From the NCBI GenBank assembly GCA_963849935.1, contig CAWKJQ010000004.1, forward strand, positions 5,972-69,971: DNA of 64,000 nt, in the 5' to 3' direction. A program made the position numbers and the translations under genes. Positions 20,545-31,344 of this stretch are shown one piece after another. Below the pieces are notes generated by a model. The model saw nothing but the letters and a program-made list of their open reading frames with translations. It did not search any database and had not been told where the DNA came from. This DNA comes from an uncultured Actinomycetota bacterium. GTDB taxonomy: Bacteria; Actinomycetota; Actinomycetes; Mycobacteriales; Mycobacteriaceae. How positions within the stretch are numbered: position 1 is the first letter of the stretch; each line of letters starts with the position of its first letter.

Positions 20545-22265
20545 TCCGGTTCGACTACGACGTGCTCGTCATCGGATCCGGTTTCGGCGGCAGCGTGACG
20601 GCACTGCGCCTAACCGAAAAGGGTTACCGCGTCGGCGTACTCGAGGCGGGCCGGCGGTTCCGTGACCAAGACTTCGCCAAAAACAGTTGGCATGTAAGGG
20701 ATTACCTGTTCAAGCCCTCGGTCGGTTGTTACGGCATTCAGCGCATAGACCTGCTCTCCGACGCCGTCGTGCTCAGCGGCGCCGGAGTGGGGGGCGGATC
20801 GCTGGTCTACGCCAACACCCTCTACGAGCCGGGCGACCCCTTCTACGCCGACCCGAGGTGGAGTGAGATCACCGACTGGAAAGACGAACTCGCTGCCCCC
20901 TACGACCAAGCCAAGCGGATGCTCGGCGTCGCGACCTATCCGCGAATGACGCCGTCGGACAAGGTGATGTTGCAGATCGCCACCGACCTCGGCGTTGCGG
21001 ATTCCTTCCACGCCACCCGGGTCGGCGTCTGCTTCGACGGCCACGACGGCGCCCCCGCCGCCCCGGGGGCGCCGGTCGGCGATCCCTACTTCGGCGGGGC
21101 CGGACCGGACCGCAACGCCTGCCTGCACTGCGGCGAGTGCATGACCGGGTGCCGGCACAACGCCAAGAACACTCTGGTCAAGAACTACTTGTATCTCGCG
21201 GAGAAACTCGGCGCGGCGGTTCACCCGCTGACCACTGTCGTCGACGTCCGGCTGCGCCCCGCCGGCGGTTATGACGTGATCACTCGTCGGACCGGGGGCA
21301 AGGTCCGCCGGCGCCTGCGCACGTTCACCGCTGAGCAGGTGGTGTTCTCGGCCGCCGCCCTCGGCACGCAGCGCCTGCTGCACCGGTTGCGCGACCGCGG
21401 CAGTCTGCCGCACGTCTCACCCCGGCTCGGGGAGCTGTCGCGGACCAACTCCGAGGCGATCCTGGCGGTGCGGGCGCGCCGCGACGACGTGGATTATTCC
21501 GAGGGCGTCGCGATCACGTCGTCGATCCATCCGGACACCCACACCCACGTGGAGCCCTGCCGCTACGGTCACGATTCGAACCTGATGGGTCTGCTCGGCA
21601 CGGTGCTGGTCGACGGACTGGATGGGCTTGGAAAAGGTCGCGGCCGGTGGCGTAACGGGTTCAAAGAGCTTGTGCGCCAACGCCAAGACCTGCGCCGCCT
21701 GCTCAACCCGAAGCACTGGTCGGAACAGACCATCCCGCTCCTGGTGATGCAAACCCATGACAATTCGCTGACCACCCACACCCGGCGGTGGCTGTTCGGG
21801 CGGCGCATGGTGACGCGTCAGGGCGAGGGGGAGCCGAACCCGACGTGGATTCCGGTCGGCCACGAGGTCGCGCGGCGCGCGGCGGAACACCTCGACGGCA
21901 TCGCCGGCGGCGCGTGGGCGGATCTGGCCGATATCCCGATGACGGGACACTTCATCGGCGGCTGCGTAATCGGCGAGACCGCCGCCGACGGCGTCGTGGA
22001 CCCCTACCACCGCATGCACGGACATCCCGGTCTGCACGTGATCGACGGCTCCACCATCACCGCGAACCTTGGCGTGAACCCATCACTGACCATCACTGCG
22101 CTCGCCGAACGCGCAACCTCGTTGTGGCCCAACAAAGGAGAACCCGACCCGCGCCCGCCGGTGGGATCGCCCTACGTGCGGGTCGCTCCCGTGATCCCCG
22201 CCAATCCCGCGGTGCCGGCGAGCGCGCCGGGCGCGCTGCGGCTCGCCATGGTCAGGGGTGCGTGA
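20541..22265 (+). CDS. GMC oxidoreductase, cholesterol-oxidase (ChoD)-like
   Basis: IGSGFGGSV, GVGGGSLVYANTLY, CLHCGECMTGC, ANLGVNPSLTITALAER; ATGA overlap with the BVMO gene. Confidence 0.9.
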   Translation: MIRFDYDVLVIGSGFGGSVTALRLTEKGYRVGVLEAGRRFRDQDFAKNSWHVRDYLFKPSVGCYGIQRIDLLSDAVVLSGAGVGGGSLVYANTLYEPGDPFYADPRWSEITDWKDELAAPYDQAKRMLGVATYPRMTPSDKVMLQIATDLGVADSFHATRVGVCFDGHDGAPAAPGAPVGDPYFGGAGPDRNACLHCGECMTGCRHNAKNTLVKNYLYLAEKLGAAVHPLTTVVDVRLRPAGGYDVITRRTGGKVRRRLRTFTAEQVVFSAAALGTQRLLHRLRDRGSLPHVSPRLGELSRTNSEAILAVRARRDDVDYSEGVAITSSIHPDTHTHVEPCRYGHDSNLMGLLGTVLVDGLDGLGKGRGRWRNGFKELVRQRQDLRRLLNPKHWSEQTIPLLVMQTHDNSLTTHTRRWLFGRRMVTRQGEGEPNPTWIPVGHEVARRAAEHLDGIAGGAWADLADIPMTGHFIGGCVIGETAADGVVDPYHRMHGHPGLHVIDGSTITANLGVNPSLTITALAERATSLWPNKGEPDPRPPVGSPYVRVAPVIPANPAVPASAPGALRLAMVRGA

Positions 22266-23076
22266 CAAGAAAGGTCTCGTTGTCCAGGTCGGCGGTGAGT
22301 TCCTCGACATCGAAGGGTCGGTCCAGCCGTGCGTGCAACGTCTTGGGATCGATCAGCATGCTTATCTCCGCGGTCTGGCGGGCGAACAGTCGCCCGATGA
22401 GTGGATAGATTCGGCGCATGACGGCGCGCTCTGCGGACGTGCAGCGTGACGCGCAGTAGCCGACGTGGCCGATCTCGTCGGTGAGGATCTCGCTGTAGAG
22501 CAGTTCGATTCGTTCGGCGACAGGGGGTTCGTCGGCGAAAAGCCTTCTGCTGGCGCGGCGTAACTCGTCGAACATGATGCATCCCGCCATCTCCGCGGCC
22601 CCGACGAACATGAAGCCGAGCCGTTCGGGCAGGAAAACCCCGATCTTGACGAATTGCCGCATCGCGAAGGGCGGCGGGACGACCTGGAAGGTCAGATCGA
22701 ACGCGTCGAGGGCGTAGGCCAGCAGCCGGGTGTGGTAGTGCTCTTCCAGCTCGAGGTACACGTTTTCGGGCGGCAGGCTCTCGTCGCTGTTGCGCCCGTA
22801 CGTCTCGCCCAGTCCCACGCCGAATCGCTCCGCCTGGTTCAGCTTCGCGGTCGCCAGCAGGAAGAGCATCTTGGCGTCCAGGCCTGGTTCGGGTCGCCGG
22901 CGGCGCAGGTTGCGCAGGAAGGTGGTGCGGTCGGCGGGATGAGCCGACCTGACGGGATTGGATTCGAGGTCGTTGAAGAACTGCTCGCGATTGGCCAGCC
23001 GCCGGTTGAGCAGATCGGCCTCGCCGTCACGCTTGGCCAGGAACTCCCGATAGCCCTCGATGCCCGTTTGCTTCAT
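22252..23076 (-). CDS. Ferritin-like (di-iron) hypothetical protein
   Basis: E (QAER)...EEHYH...E (AAEM)...DEIGH ligand pattern; start overlaps TetR stop. Confidence 0.7.
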   Translation of the reverse strand: MKQTGIEGYREFLAKRDGEADLLNRRLANREQFFNDLESNPVRSAHPADRTTFLRNLRRRRPEPGLDAKMLFLLATAKLNQAERFGVGLGETYGRNSDESLPPENVYLELEEHYHTRLLAYALDAFDLTFQVVPPPFAMRQFVKIGVFLPERLGFMFVGAAEMAGCIMFDELRRASRRLFADEPPVAERIELLYSEILTDEIGHVGYCASRCTSAERAVMRRIYPLIGRLFARQTAEISMLIDPKTLHARLDRPFDVEELTADLDNETFLVTHP

Positions 23077-23681
23077 CGCTTCTCCATTCCTTTGACAATC
23101 GTTGACACGTAATGGCTCAACAGCGCGGCATCGTGGGCCCCGGTAGCCAGCAGCGCGAAAAGTCCGGTGAGGAAGAACGTGGCGAGTTCGGCTGCGTCCA
23201 CCTCGGGGTTGACCTGCCCCACGGCCTGGGCCCGCCCGATGACGCCCACCAAAAATTGTCCGAGCGGGTGCTGAGCAAACTCGTCTTCGACCGGACGGGT
23301 TGAGGAGAAATGCAATCCAAGCATGTCCCGAAAAACCGCTTCGCCCAAACGGCTTTCGGCGCTGAGCACGTGATGAACGAGCTGGGAGAGCACCGACGCC
23401 AGATCGCCCTTGGCGTCGCCGAGTTCACTGATGATCCGAGTCTCCTCGAGACGCTCCGCCTCGATGAGAACGTCCTCCTTGGTCGGGAAGTGGAAGTAGA
23501 ACGTTCCTCGGGCCACGCCTGCTTCGGCGACGATGGCGCTGACATCGGCGGCAGCCACACCGCGCCGCGAGATCTCGGCCAGCGCCGCGTCGAACAGGCG
23601 CGCGCGGGTCTCCAGCCGGCGTGTTTCACGGACACCACCGCCCGGCGATCCGCTCACCGTCCGCCCAGGTGATGACTCCAT
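23073..23681 (-). CDS. TetR/AcrR-family regulator
   Basis: HTH: IVAEAGVARGTFYFHFPTKEDVL. Confidence 0.92.
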   Translation of the reverse strand: MESSPGRTVSGSPGGGVRETRRLETRARLFDAALAEISRRGVAAADVSAIVAEAGVARGTFYFHFPTKEDVLIEAERLEETRIISELGDAKGDLASVLSQLVHHVLSAESRLGEAVFRDMLGLHFSSTRPVEDEFAQHPLGQFLVGVIGRAQAVGQVNPEVDAAELATFFLTGLFALLATGAHDAALLSHYVSTIVKGMEKR

Positions 23682-23702
23682 GGTGGCACCGTACGCCCTT
23701 TG

Positions 23703-23731
23703 GCTGACGAGCGTCAATGACGGGCGTCAGC
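23703..23731. promoter_or_regulatory. Tandem palindromic TetR operator TGACG-N2-CGTCA x2
   Basis: GCTGACGAGCGTCAATGACGGGCGTCAGC between the divergent TetR and oxidoreductase genes. Confidence 0.7.
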
Positions 23732-23906
23732 GAAGCGACAAATTTCAGCCGACATGTTCTTCGACAAGGATCAGCCGCCCGATGCGACGCGCCGTCTCCG
23801 ATGCGACGCTGCGCAACAGGGTGCGACGGCTCTGCGTAGCCAATTACTCTTTTCCGGCCCCGCTGAGCGGCACATACTTGTTAGCGGTGCAAGGAAAGGT
23901 GGTCGA

Positions 23907-25394
23907 ATGTCCGCGTCCCAACCTTTACCGACAGAAACCTGCGACGTGTGCATCGTCGGAGCGGGCATCGCCGGGCTGAATGCTCTGTTCGCTGCGAGCC
24001 GATACCTGTCGCGGTACGACAGGGTGATCTTGATCGATCGCCGACCGCGCGTCGGCGGCATGTGGGTCGACGTGTATCCGTATGTGCGCCTGCATCAACC
24101 GCACCCGATGTTCACCGCGGGCAACATCGAGTGGACCATCGGCAAGGATCGCGCCTACTTGGCGACGAAAGGCGAAGTGCTCGAGCACTTTCAGCACTGC
24201 ATGGACGTGATAAGGGAACGCGTGCAGGTGGACGAGTACTTCGGCTGGGACTTCGAGTCGGAGGACGAAGCGAACGGAACCGTGCGGGTCACCGTTAGAG
24301 CCGACGACGGCCGGATTCTGGTCATCGAGACCACGCGATTGATCAAGGCCTATGGCTTAGGAATCACACCGAACGAACCGCTGGACATCTCCAGCTCACG
24401 CGTCCATTCGGTGTCGCCCGACTCCTGTGACGTCCGGACGGGCGACATCAGCAAAAGCGATTCGCCGGTATGGATCATCGGCGGCGGAAAGACCGCGATG
24501 GACACCGCACACGCGTTGATCACCACCTACCCCGGTCGGCAGGTGAACCTCGTCGCCGGGCGAGGAACATTTTTCTCCACCCGCGACAGCCTATTTCCCA
24601 GCGGCACGCGGCGGTGGTGGAAGGGCACACCGACGAGCAACCTCGGTACGCAATTAAGTGGTCGGTACGACGGCACAAACGAAGCAGAGGTCCAAGGTTG
24701 GTACCGGGCCACGCATGGCACGTTCCTGACCCCCCAGGCGGACAACTTCGTGTTGGGAGTGTTGTCCGAGGCCGAGAACCGGACGATCTCGGCGGGGCTG
24801 AACGATGTTGTCATGGACTATTTGGAGGATGCGGTCGATCGCAACGACACGACCGAGTTGGTGTTCCGGAGTGGATCGACGAAGGCGATTCAACCGAACA
24901 GCTGGGTGGTCAACTGCACGGGATACGTCAAGTTCCCCGACGAATTCCCTTACGAGCCATACGTTTCGCCCAGTGGCGCAATCGTATCCATCAACGTGCG
25001 GTCGGCCATTCTGCACTTGCCGGCGTTCATCGGGTATTTCCTGGGCCACCTGATGTTCTTGGACAAACTCGGTGACATTCCGCTCTACGAAGTCGACTGG
25101 ATGGCCCTGAGGCAGAAAGCCCCGCTGGCATTTCCGTACGTGCTATTCGCGCTCGTCCAGCACAACCTCAGCCTGATCTACGACAACGTCCCCAGGCGCG
25201 TATTCAACGAGAACGGCCTAGATTTCGACAAGTGGTACCCGCTGCCGCGCCGCTTACCGGGCATGGTGCGGTTTGTGCTCACGCACCGCCAGGAACGCGA
25301 GCGCCAGCGCCGTGTGCTTGACACGGTCCGGGAGCGTTTCAATATCCGCTGCGGTCCGCTGGGCGCAGCGTGTGCACCAAGCGCCACAACGTAA
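23907..25394 (+). CDS. FAD/NAD(P)-dependent oxidoreductase (FMO-like)
   Basis: IVGAGIAG, GGMWVDVYPYVRLHQP, IGGGKTAMD, NCTGY; RBS AAGGAAAGG. Confidence 0.85.
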   Translation: MSASQPLPTETCDVCIVGAGIAGLNALFAASRYLSRYDRVILIDRRPRVGGMWVDVYPYVRLHQPHPMFTAGNIEWTIGKDRAYLATKGEVLEHFQHCMDVIRERVQVDEYFGWDFESEDEANGTVRVTVRADDGRILVIETTRLIKAYGLGITPNEPLDISSSRVHSVSPDSCDVRTGDISKSDSPVWIIGGGKTAMDTAHALITTYPGRQVNLVAGRGTFFSTRDSLFPSGTRRWWKGTPTSNLGTQLSGRYDGTNEAEVQGWYRATHGTFLTPQADNFVLGVLSEAENRTISAGLNDVVMDYLEDAVDRNDTTELVFRSGSTKAIQPNSWVVNCTGYVKFPDEFPYEPYVSPSGAIVSINVRSAILHLPAFIGYFLGHLMFLDKLGDIPLYEVDWMALRQKAPLAFPYVLFALVQHNLSLIYDNVPRRVFNENGLDFDKWYPLPRRLPGMVRFVLTHRQERERQRRVLDTVRERFNIRCGPLGAACAPSATT

Positions 25395-25423
25395 CTGGGT
25401 GGGCTTCGCTCGATGAGTGTTGG

Positions 25424-25933
25424 CTACGCCGAGTCCTCCGCAGAGAAGACGTCGATCGCCCGCACGGGCGTCAACATCACCAGCGGGATCTGACGACTCG
25501 TAGACCTCTGGTAGGTGAGGTACGGCGGGTACAGGTGGGCCATGTACGCCCACACCTCATGGCGTTCCTCCCCTTCGGGCTCCCGCCACGTGGCCTCGAA
25601 TGCTTGGGTCGCGATCTGGACGCCGATCGTGTTGCTTTCTAGAAGATTCAAGTACCACTGCGGGTGCGTGTCGGCGCCTCCCTTGGATGCGACGATCACG
25701 ATTTCGCCGCCGACGTTGCCGTAGATCAACGGCCTGACATAGCTTTTCCCCGACTTGCGGCCCACAACCTTGATCAGGCAGTGCGTGGTCAGTTCACGAC
25801 CTCCGACCGCACTCACGTCCATGATGTGGCCCCGCGAGCCACCGGAGGTCAGATACGCCTCGAGGTGCTCGTTGATCCAGTCACTTCGCGCCGCTCGGAT
25901 CGATGCGGCGTCGGTGTCGCCCATGGTGACCAT
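25424..25933 (-). CDS. F420H2-dependent nitroreductase-family oxidoreductase (Ddn/FDOR-A)
   Basis: GRKSGK, VASKGGADTHPQWYLNL, YQRSTSRQIPLV. Confidence 0.9.
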   Translation of the reverse strand: MVTMGDTDAASIRAARSDWINEHLEAYLTSGGSRGHIMDVSAVGGRELTTHCLIKVVGRKSGKSYVRPLIYGNVGGEIVIVASKGGADTHPQWYLNLLESNTIGVQIATQAFEATWREPEGEERHEVWAYMAHLYPPYLTYQRSTSRQIPLVMLTPVRAIDVFSAEDSA

Positions 25934-26100
25934 GCAACCATGAGCCCATCCGGCCCTGCCCGTGGACCCCGGCCCTTCCCCACCTCGGCAGCAGGCGCAG
26001 TGAGCGATTCGGTAGTCGGACGGGCCGCGAATCCGAGCACAGGCACTAGCCTCTCGGCGTCAAGGCGGACGAATCAGAAGAGTAACGCCGAAGCCCGCAG

Positions 26101-26658
26101 TTACTCGCTCAAACTTGGCTTCGATCGGTTGTCCGTCACCAATTCGATGAGGGCACGTTTGCCGCCTTCATCCTGCTGGTGCGTCAGCAGCCCCTCCACA
26201 ACGAACACGCCAAGAGTGGTCCTCGCGGCAATCTCGGACTCGGCGAAGCCGGCCTGGCGCAGCCCATCAGCCAGCATGCCCTCGACAAGAAGGTGAAAGG
26301 CGCTGTGCCACAGATCGATCCGAGGCGAAACGGCGGCCCGAGAGTGCACTACCGTCACCAATTTGTGATAACGCTCTAGGCGCTGGACGACCCATAACAC
26401 CCGCTCGCTGACTACCACCTCGGCGAGCGCGGCCAATTCTGTGACCGCAGTGGCCACAATCCGTTCAAGTACCCCGACCAGCAGGGCATCTTTGTCCTCG
26501 AAGTACCAGTAGATCGTGGTCGGCGTTACCCCGGCGGCGGACGCAAGCTGCGCCATCGAAGTGTGGTCATACCCGACCTCAGTGAACAAATCCTCGGCGA
26601 CCGCGAGGATTTCGGCTCGCTTCTCCTGCGGGTCCTGCGGTCGTCGGTTGCGGGGCAC
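26101..26658 (-). CDS. TetR/AcrR-family regulator
   Basis: HTH: LASAAGVTPTTIYWYFEDKDALL. Confidence 0.92.
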   Translation of the reverse strand: MPRNRRPQDPQEKRAEILAVAEDLFTEVGYDHTSMAQLASAAGVTPTTIYWYFEDKDALLVGVLERIVATAVTELAALAEVVVSERVLWVVQRLERYHKLVTVVHSRAAVSPRIDLWHSAFHLLVEGMLADGLRQAGFAESEIAARTTLGVFVVEGLLTHQQDEGGKRALIELVTDNRSKPSLSE

Positions 26659-26670
26659 GATGACAGCTTA

Positions 26671-26721
26671 TCTTGACTGGCATACAAGAAACTTGCTAAC
26701 TTCTTGTTTGCCGTACAAGAA
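26671..26721. promoter_or_regulatory. Two TCTTG-N9-CAAGA palindromes (TetR operators)
   Basis: 26671-26689 and 26702-26720, 31 bp apart, in the divergent TetR/hydrolase promoter. Confidence 0.7.
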
Positions 26722-26803
26722 AGGGTGGACCTCTCGAGGGTTGCGCGCTGATGCGCAAGCCGACGGCTAACTCGCTGTTCCGACTAGCGCTTATGGAGTT
26801 GTC

Positions 26804-27742
26804 TTGACCGCCACGCCCGACCCGTCGTTCAGCCTTTCCGAGGAGTCGTTCACTTCCGGAGGAATCCGCTGCGCCGCACGGGTATATCGCCCCATCGGCT
26901 CAGACGCGTCGCCGCGCCCGGTGATCGTGATGGCACACGGATTCGGGGCCGTCCGCGCCTTAAGGCTCTACGCATATGCCGAACGTTTCGCGGCTGCCGG
27001 TTATCTCGTTGTCGCCTTTGACTATCGAGGCTTCGGAGACAGCGACGGCCAGCCCCGTCAGTTGCTGGACATCAAGGCACAACACGCTGACTGGCGGGCG
27101 GCCCTGCAGTTCGCACGCGATCTTGCGGGAGGCGACCCCGACCGCGTGATCGCCTGGGGAACTTCCTTCGCCGGCGGTCACGTCATCACGCTCGCAGGCA
27201 CCGGCGAACCATTAGCCGCAATCATCGCCCAAGTACCACACATCAGCGGTCCCGCCGCCGTCCGCGCGACCGGCATCCGAGCGAGCCTGCGACTCGCTCC
27301 CCACGGCCTACGGGACCAACTCCGTGCGTGGCTGCACCGAACACCGGTCTACGTCAATTCCGCCGGCGCTACCGGGGAAACCGCCGTGATGACCACACCG
27401 GATGCGCTGGCCGGCATGGAACGACTGATCGCCGACTCGGGACTAGCCTCCGATGCCTACCCGACCACAGTCGCCGCTCGCATCGTGCTGCGCATCGGAA
27501 CATACTCGCCGGGCCGGCATGCCAGCGGCGTCACCTGTCCCGCACTGGTCCAAATCGCCGAGCACGACGCGATAACGCCGACGCGAGTCGCATTGCGAGC
27601 GGCGCGCAAGATGGCGAATTCGACTGTGCACACCTACGACTGCGGCCACTTCGACCCCTACGTGGAACCGCTGTTCTCGACCGTCGTTGCCGATCAACTC
27701 GCCTTCCTTGACAAGCACCTACCCGCGCAGGTGAGGCCTTGA
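26804..27742 (+). CDS. Alpha/beta hydrolase (S9/S15-like)
   Basis: MAHGFG, FDYRGFGDSDG, nucleophile WGTSFAGG, HD, GHFDPY. Confidence 0.9.
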   Translation: MTATPDPSFSLSEESFTSGGIRCAARVYRPIGSDASPRPVIVMAHGFGAVRALRLYAYAERFAAAGYLVVAFDYRGFGDSDGQPRQLLDIKAQHADWRAALQFARDLAGGDPDRVIAWGTSFAGGHVITLAGTGEPLAAIIAQVPHISGPAAVRATGIRASLRLAPHGLRDQLRAWLHRTPVYVNSAGATGETAVMTTPDALAGMERLIADSGLASDAYPTTVAARIVLRIGTYSPGRHASGVTCPALVQIAEHDAITPTRVALRAARKMANSTVHTYDCGHFDPYVEPLFSTVVADQLAFLDKHLPAQVRP

Positions 27743-27835
27743 GCAGCGCGCCTCAGTGATGTCCGGATCGGTTGCTATCCAATTGGATTCGGCACTGTCC
27801 GAAGCCTGCGTCCCAGTTCCGCGATGCGGTTAGCC

Positions 27836-28100
27836 TCACACAGGCACGGATGCCGCGGAATCGGCTCCCGTGTTGACAGATGCGCCCGTCTGCGTAGCCG
27901 CCCCGGCGCGTCTGGTCAGGTAATCAACCTGAAGGTATACGGCATAGAGCACGAATACCGGCAAGATCATGTAGGGGACGTTCTCGCCGACCAATTTGAA
28001 CCACAAACCGTAAGCGCCCTGGCCGATGTCGTTGAAGCCCGCCCGGATCTCGGTGACGTAGTACACGACGGTTCCGGTGAGCAGGACTGGACGAATTGCG
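27836..28100 (-). pseudogene. 3' fragment of a membrane protein (EBP/EXPERA-like)
   Basis: Hydrophobic VLLTGTVVYYVTEI...LWFKLVGENVPYMILPVFVLY; upstream part is lost and runs into the antisense of a TetR remnant. Confidence 0.5.
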
Positions 28101-28592
28101 GGAAGCGTCCGGTCTGGCGCTGCGCCAGATCTACCAGGATCTACCCTGCCAAAGACGAGATCTGGTGGCGGTGTTGCGTCGCCGGCACCGCTCGATGATG
28201 ACGAACATCGCTGCGGAGATGGACCAGACGGTCGACGCACGAGAAGCGGTGCCGGCAATATTCGACTACCTTGAGAATTGGTTCGCTGAACCTGATTTCC
28301 GCGGCTGCCCGTGGATGTACGCTTATGGCGAACTCGGTCCTGGCAGCCTGCGATCACGGCCGAGGTTCATCATCATCAGCGCGAATTCCAAGATCTGGTA
28401 ACAGGTCTCGCTCGCGACGCGGGATGCCCGCCGGCCGTTGCCCACGCGATCTATCTGCTCGCCGAGGGCGCTGTAGCCGTCGCGGCAGTCAGCACAAAGT
28501 TGCGCCTGCCCAGGACGCCCGTCTTGCGGCCCAGCGTCTACTTCAATCCACCGATAGCGCGTACCACATCACCAGGGCCATCGCCGCTATAA
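28087..28592 (+). pseudogene. Degraded TetR-family regulator
   Basis: Truncated HTH (LREASGLALRQIYQ), C-domain WFAEPDFRGCPW..YGELG, continuing in another frame as IYLLAEGAV. Confidence 0.7.
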
Positions 28593-28593
28593 C

Positions 28594-29094
28594 CTAGCTG
28601 CTGGTTACCTTTGCGGCCAGCGCTGCCAGCTTGGCGTCGAGTTCCTGCGCGGCACTGAGCAATTCAGGATTGGGTTCGACGACCATCAGCGAAGACGGCT
28701 TGACATAGGTCAGGCTGCTTGGCCGTCTGGCTCGTCGGCGATCAGCACCTCGACCGGTGCGAACAAGCCCGCGCTCACGTCGTGTCGCAACATCGTGATG
28801 GCGATCAGGGGGTTACCCAGGATGACCCGCAACACTTTGCGTTCAATGCCGGCCTTGGAGATCCAGGCGCCGTGGTCAACGAAGCCGAAAAGCATGAAAC
28901 CGCTTGGGCCCGACGTGGGTTCGACCGCCTGACGATACGCCTCCCAGCCGTCGAACGCCTTGGGAAAATCGTCGATCGGGACCGGCTTTTCGCCGATATC
29001 GGCCAAGCAGGGCGGAGACCAGTTCGTCGTAACCCTTGGTGCTGTCGTAACGTACCCGGACGCCGTCAAAGCGGAGTTCGCGGGGTTCAGACAT
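28594..29094 (-). pseudogene. DUF302-family protein, frameshifted
   Basis: Three pieces in different frames: MSEPRELRFDGVRVRYDS / ...ILGNPLIAITMLRHDVSAGLFAPVEVLI / LTYVKPSSLM...ELDAKLAAL; indels near 29010 and 28715 (may be errors). Confidence 0.7.
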
Positions 29095-30064
29095 AGGCAT
29101 GCTCGGCCTCCTCGGACGTGATGCTGGCAAGTTGCTCGATGTGCTCATGCACTTGCAGGCGTGGTGTGCGATCCACGACCAGGCTGAGCAGGTCGGGCCG
29201 GCTGTAGTGGCCGACGGGATCCATGAGGACCTTGCGGGTGTTGATCAACGTCAAGTCGAGATCGGCTATGACCTCGCCCTCGCCCGAGCGCAGCGGCTCA
29301 CCCAGGTACTCGCCCTGCGGCGTGATAATCGCGGTGAAATGACCGCCGGAGATCGGGGCGATCGGAGCACCCGTGTCGGCCACGATTTGTGCTTGCTGGT
29401 CGGCGTCGAGCCAAGCGGTCGCATTCAAGACGAAGGCGCCGGACTCGAGCGCATGGTTGCGCACGCTGATCTCGTTTTGTTGGGCGAACAATTCGCCGCC
29501 GAAAGATCCCGGAAACATGCTCGAGTGGATCTGCTCGCCATCGGCGATCAGGGCGTAGCGCGCCAGCGCGTTGAAATGTTCAAAACAGGCCAACTGCCCG
29601 ACACGTCCGACCGCGCTGTCGACAGCGCGTAATCCGCTGCCGTCGCCCTGGCCCCACACCGCCTTTTCGTGGTAGGTCGGCGTGATCTTGCGCCTGCGCT
29701 GCAGCAGGGTTCCGTCGGCGTCGAATAACAATTGCGTGTTGTAGAGCGAACCGCCGTCTCGCTCGGTGACCCCGATGGACACCACCATGTCGGCGGCTCG
29801 CGCCGCCGCACTGAGCGCGTCGACCGTCGGCGACGGTATCGTCACCGCCTGATCCAACAGCTTGAGGTGTTGCGGCCGCATCTCGAACGGGCGTTGGACG
29901 AACGAGAAGTACGGGTAGTACGGAATCACCGCCTCGGGGAACGTCGCGAACTGGACGCCCACGCCACTGAGTTCCGCAATCTTCGCGACCACTTTCTCCA
30001 CGGTGCCCTCGCGGCTGTAAAGCACCGGACTGAGTTGTACTGCGGCCGCTCGGATTACGGTCAT
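29087..30064 (-). CDS. Nitrilase (carbon-nitrogen hydrolase, branch 1-like)
   Basis: Catalytic triad FPE, RRKITPTYHE, LACFEH; C-terminal DPVGHYSRPD. Confidence 0.92.
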   Translation of the reverse strand: MTVIRAAAVQLSPVLYSREGTVEKVVAKIAELSGVGVQFATFPEAVIPYYPYFSFVQRPFEMRPQHLKLLDQAVTIPSPTVDALSAAARAADMVVSIGVTERDGGSLYNTQLLFDADGTLLQRRRKITPTYHEKAVWGQGDGSGLRAVDSAVGRVGQLACFEHFNALARYALIADGEQIHSSMFPGSFGGELFAQQNEISVRNHALESGAFVLNATAWLDADQQAQIVADTGAPIAPISGGHFTAIITPQGEYLGEPLRSGEGEVIADLDLTLINTRKVLMDPVGHYSRPDLLSLVVDRTPRLQVHEHIEQLASITSEEAEHAYV

Positions 30065-30078
30065 CTCTGTACTCTTTT

Positions 30079-31256
<1,178 letters not shown>

Positions 31257-31280
31257 GGCTCCTCCTTGAGTCCAGATGAT

Positions 31281-31336
31281 CTAGGTATAGATCGCTGTAC
31301 CCAGATAAACACCTAGGTATACTGAAAGCAACCCAG
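31281..31336. promoter_or_regulatory. Two CTAGGTATA-N9-ACCCAG boxes (HxlR-type operators)
   Basis: 31281-31304 and 31313-31336 in the divergent thiolase/HxlR promoter. Confidence 0.7.
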
Positions 31337-31344
31337 CTGCGGAG

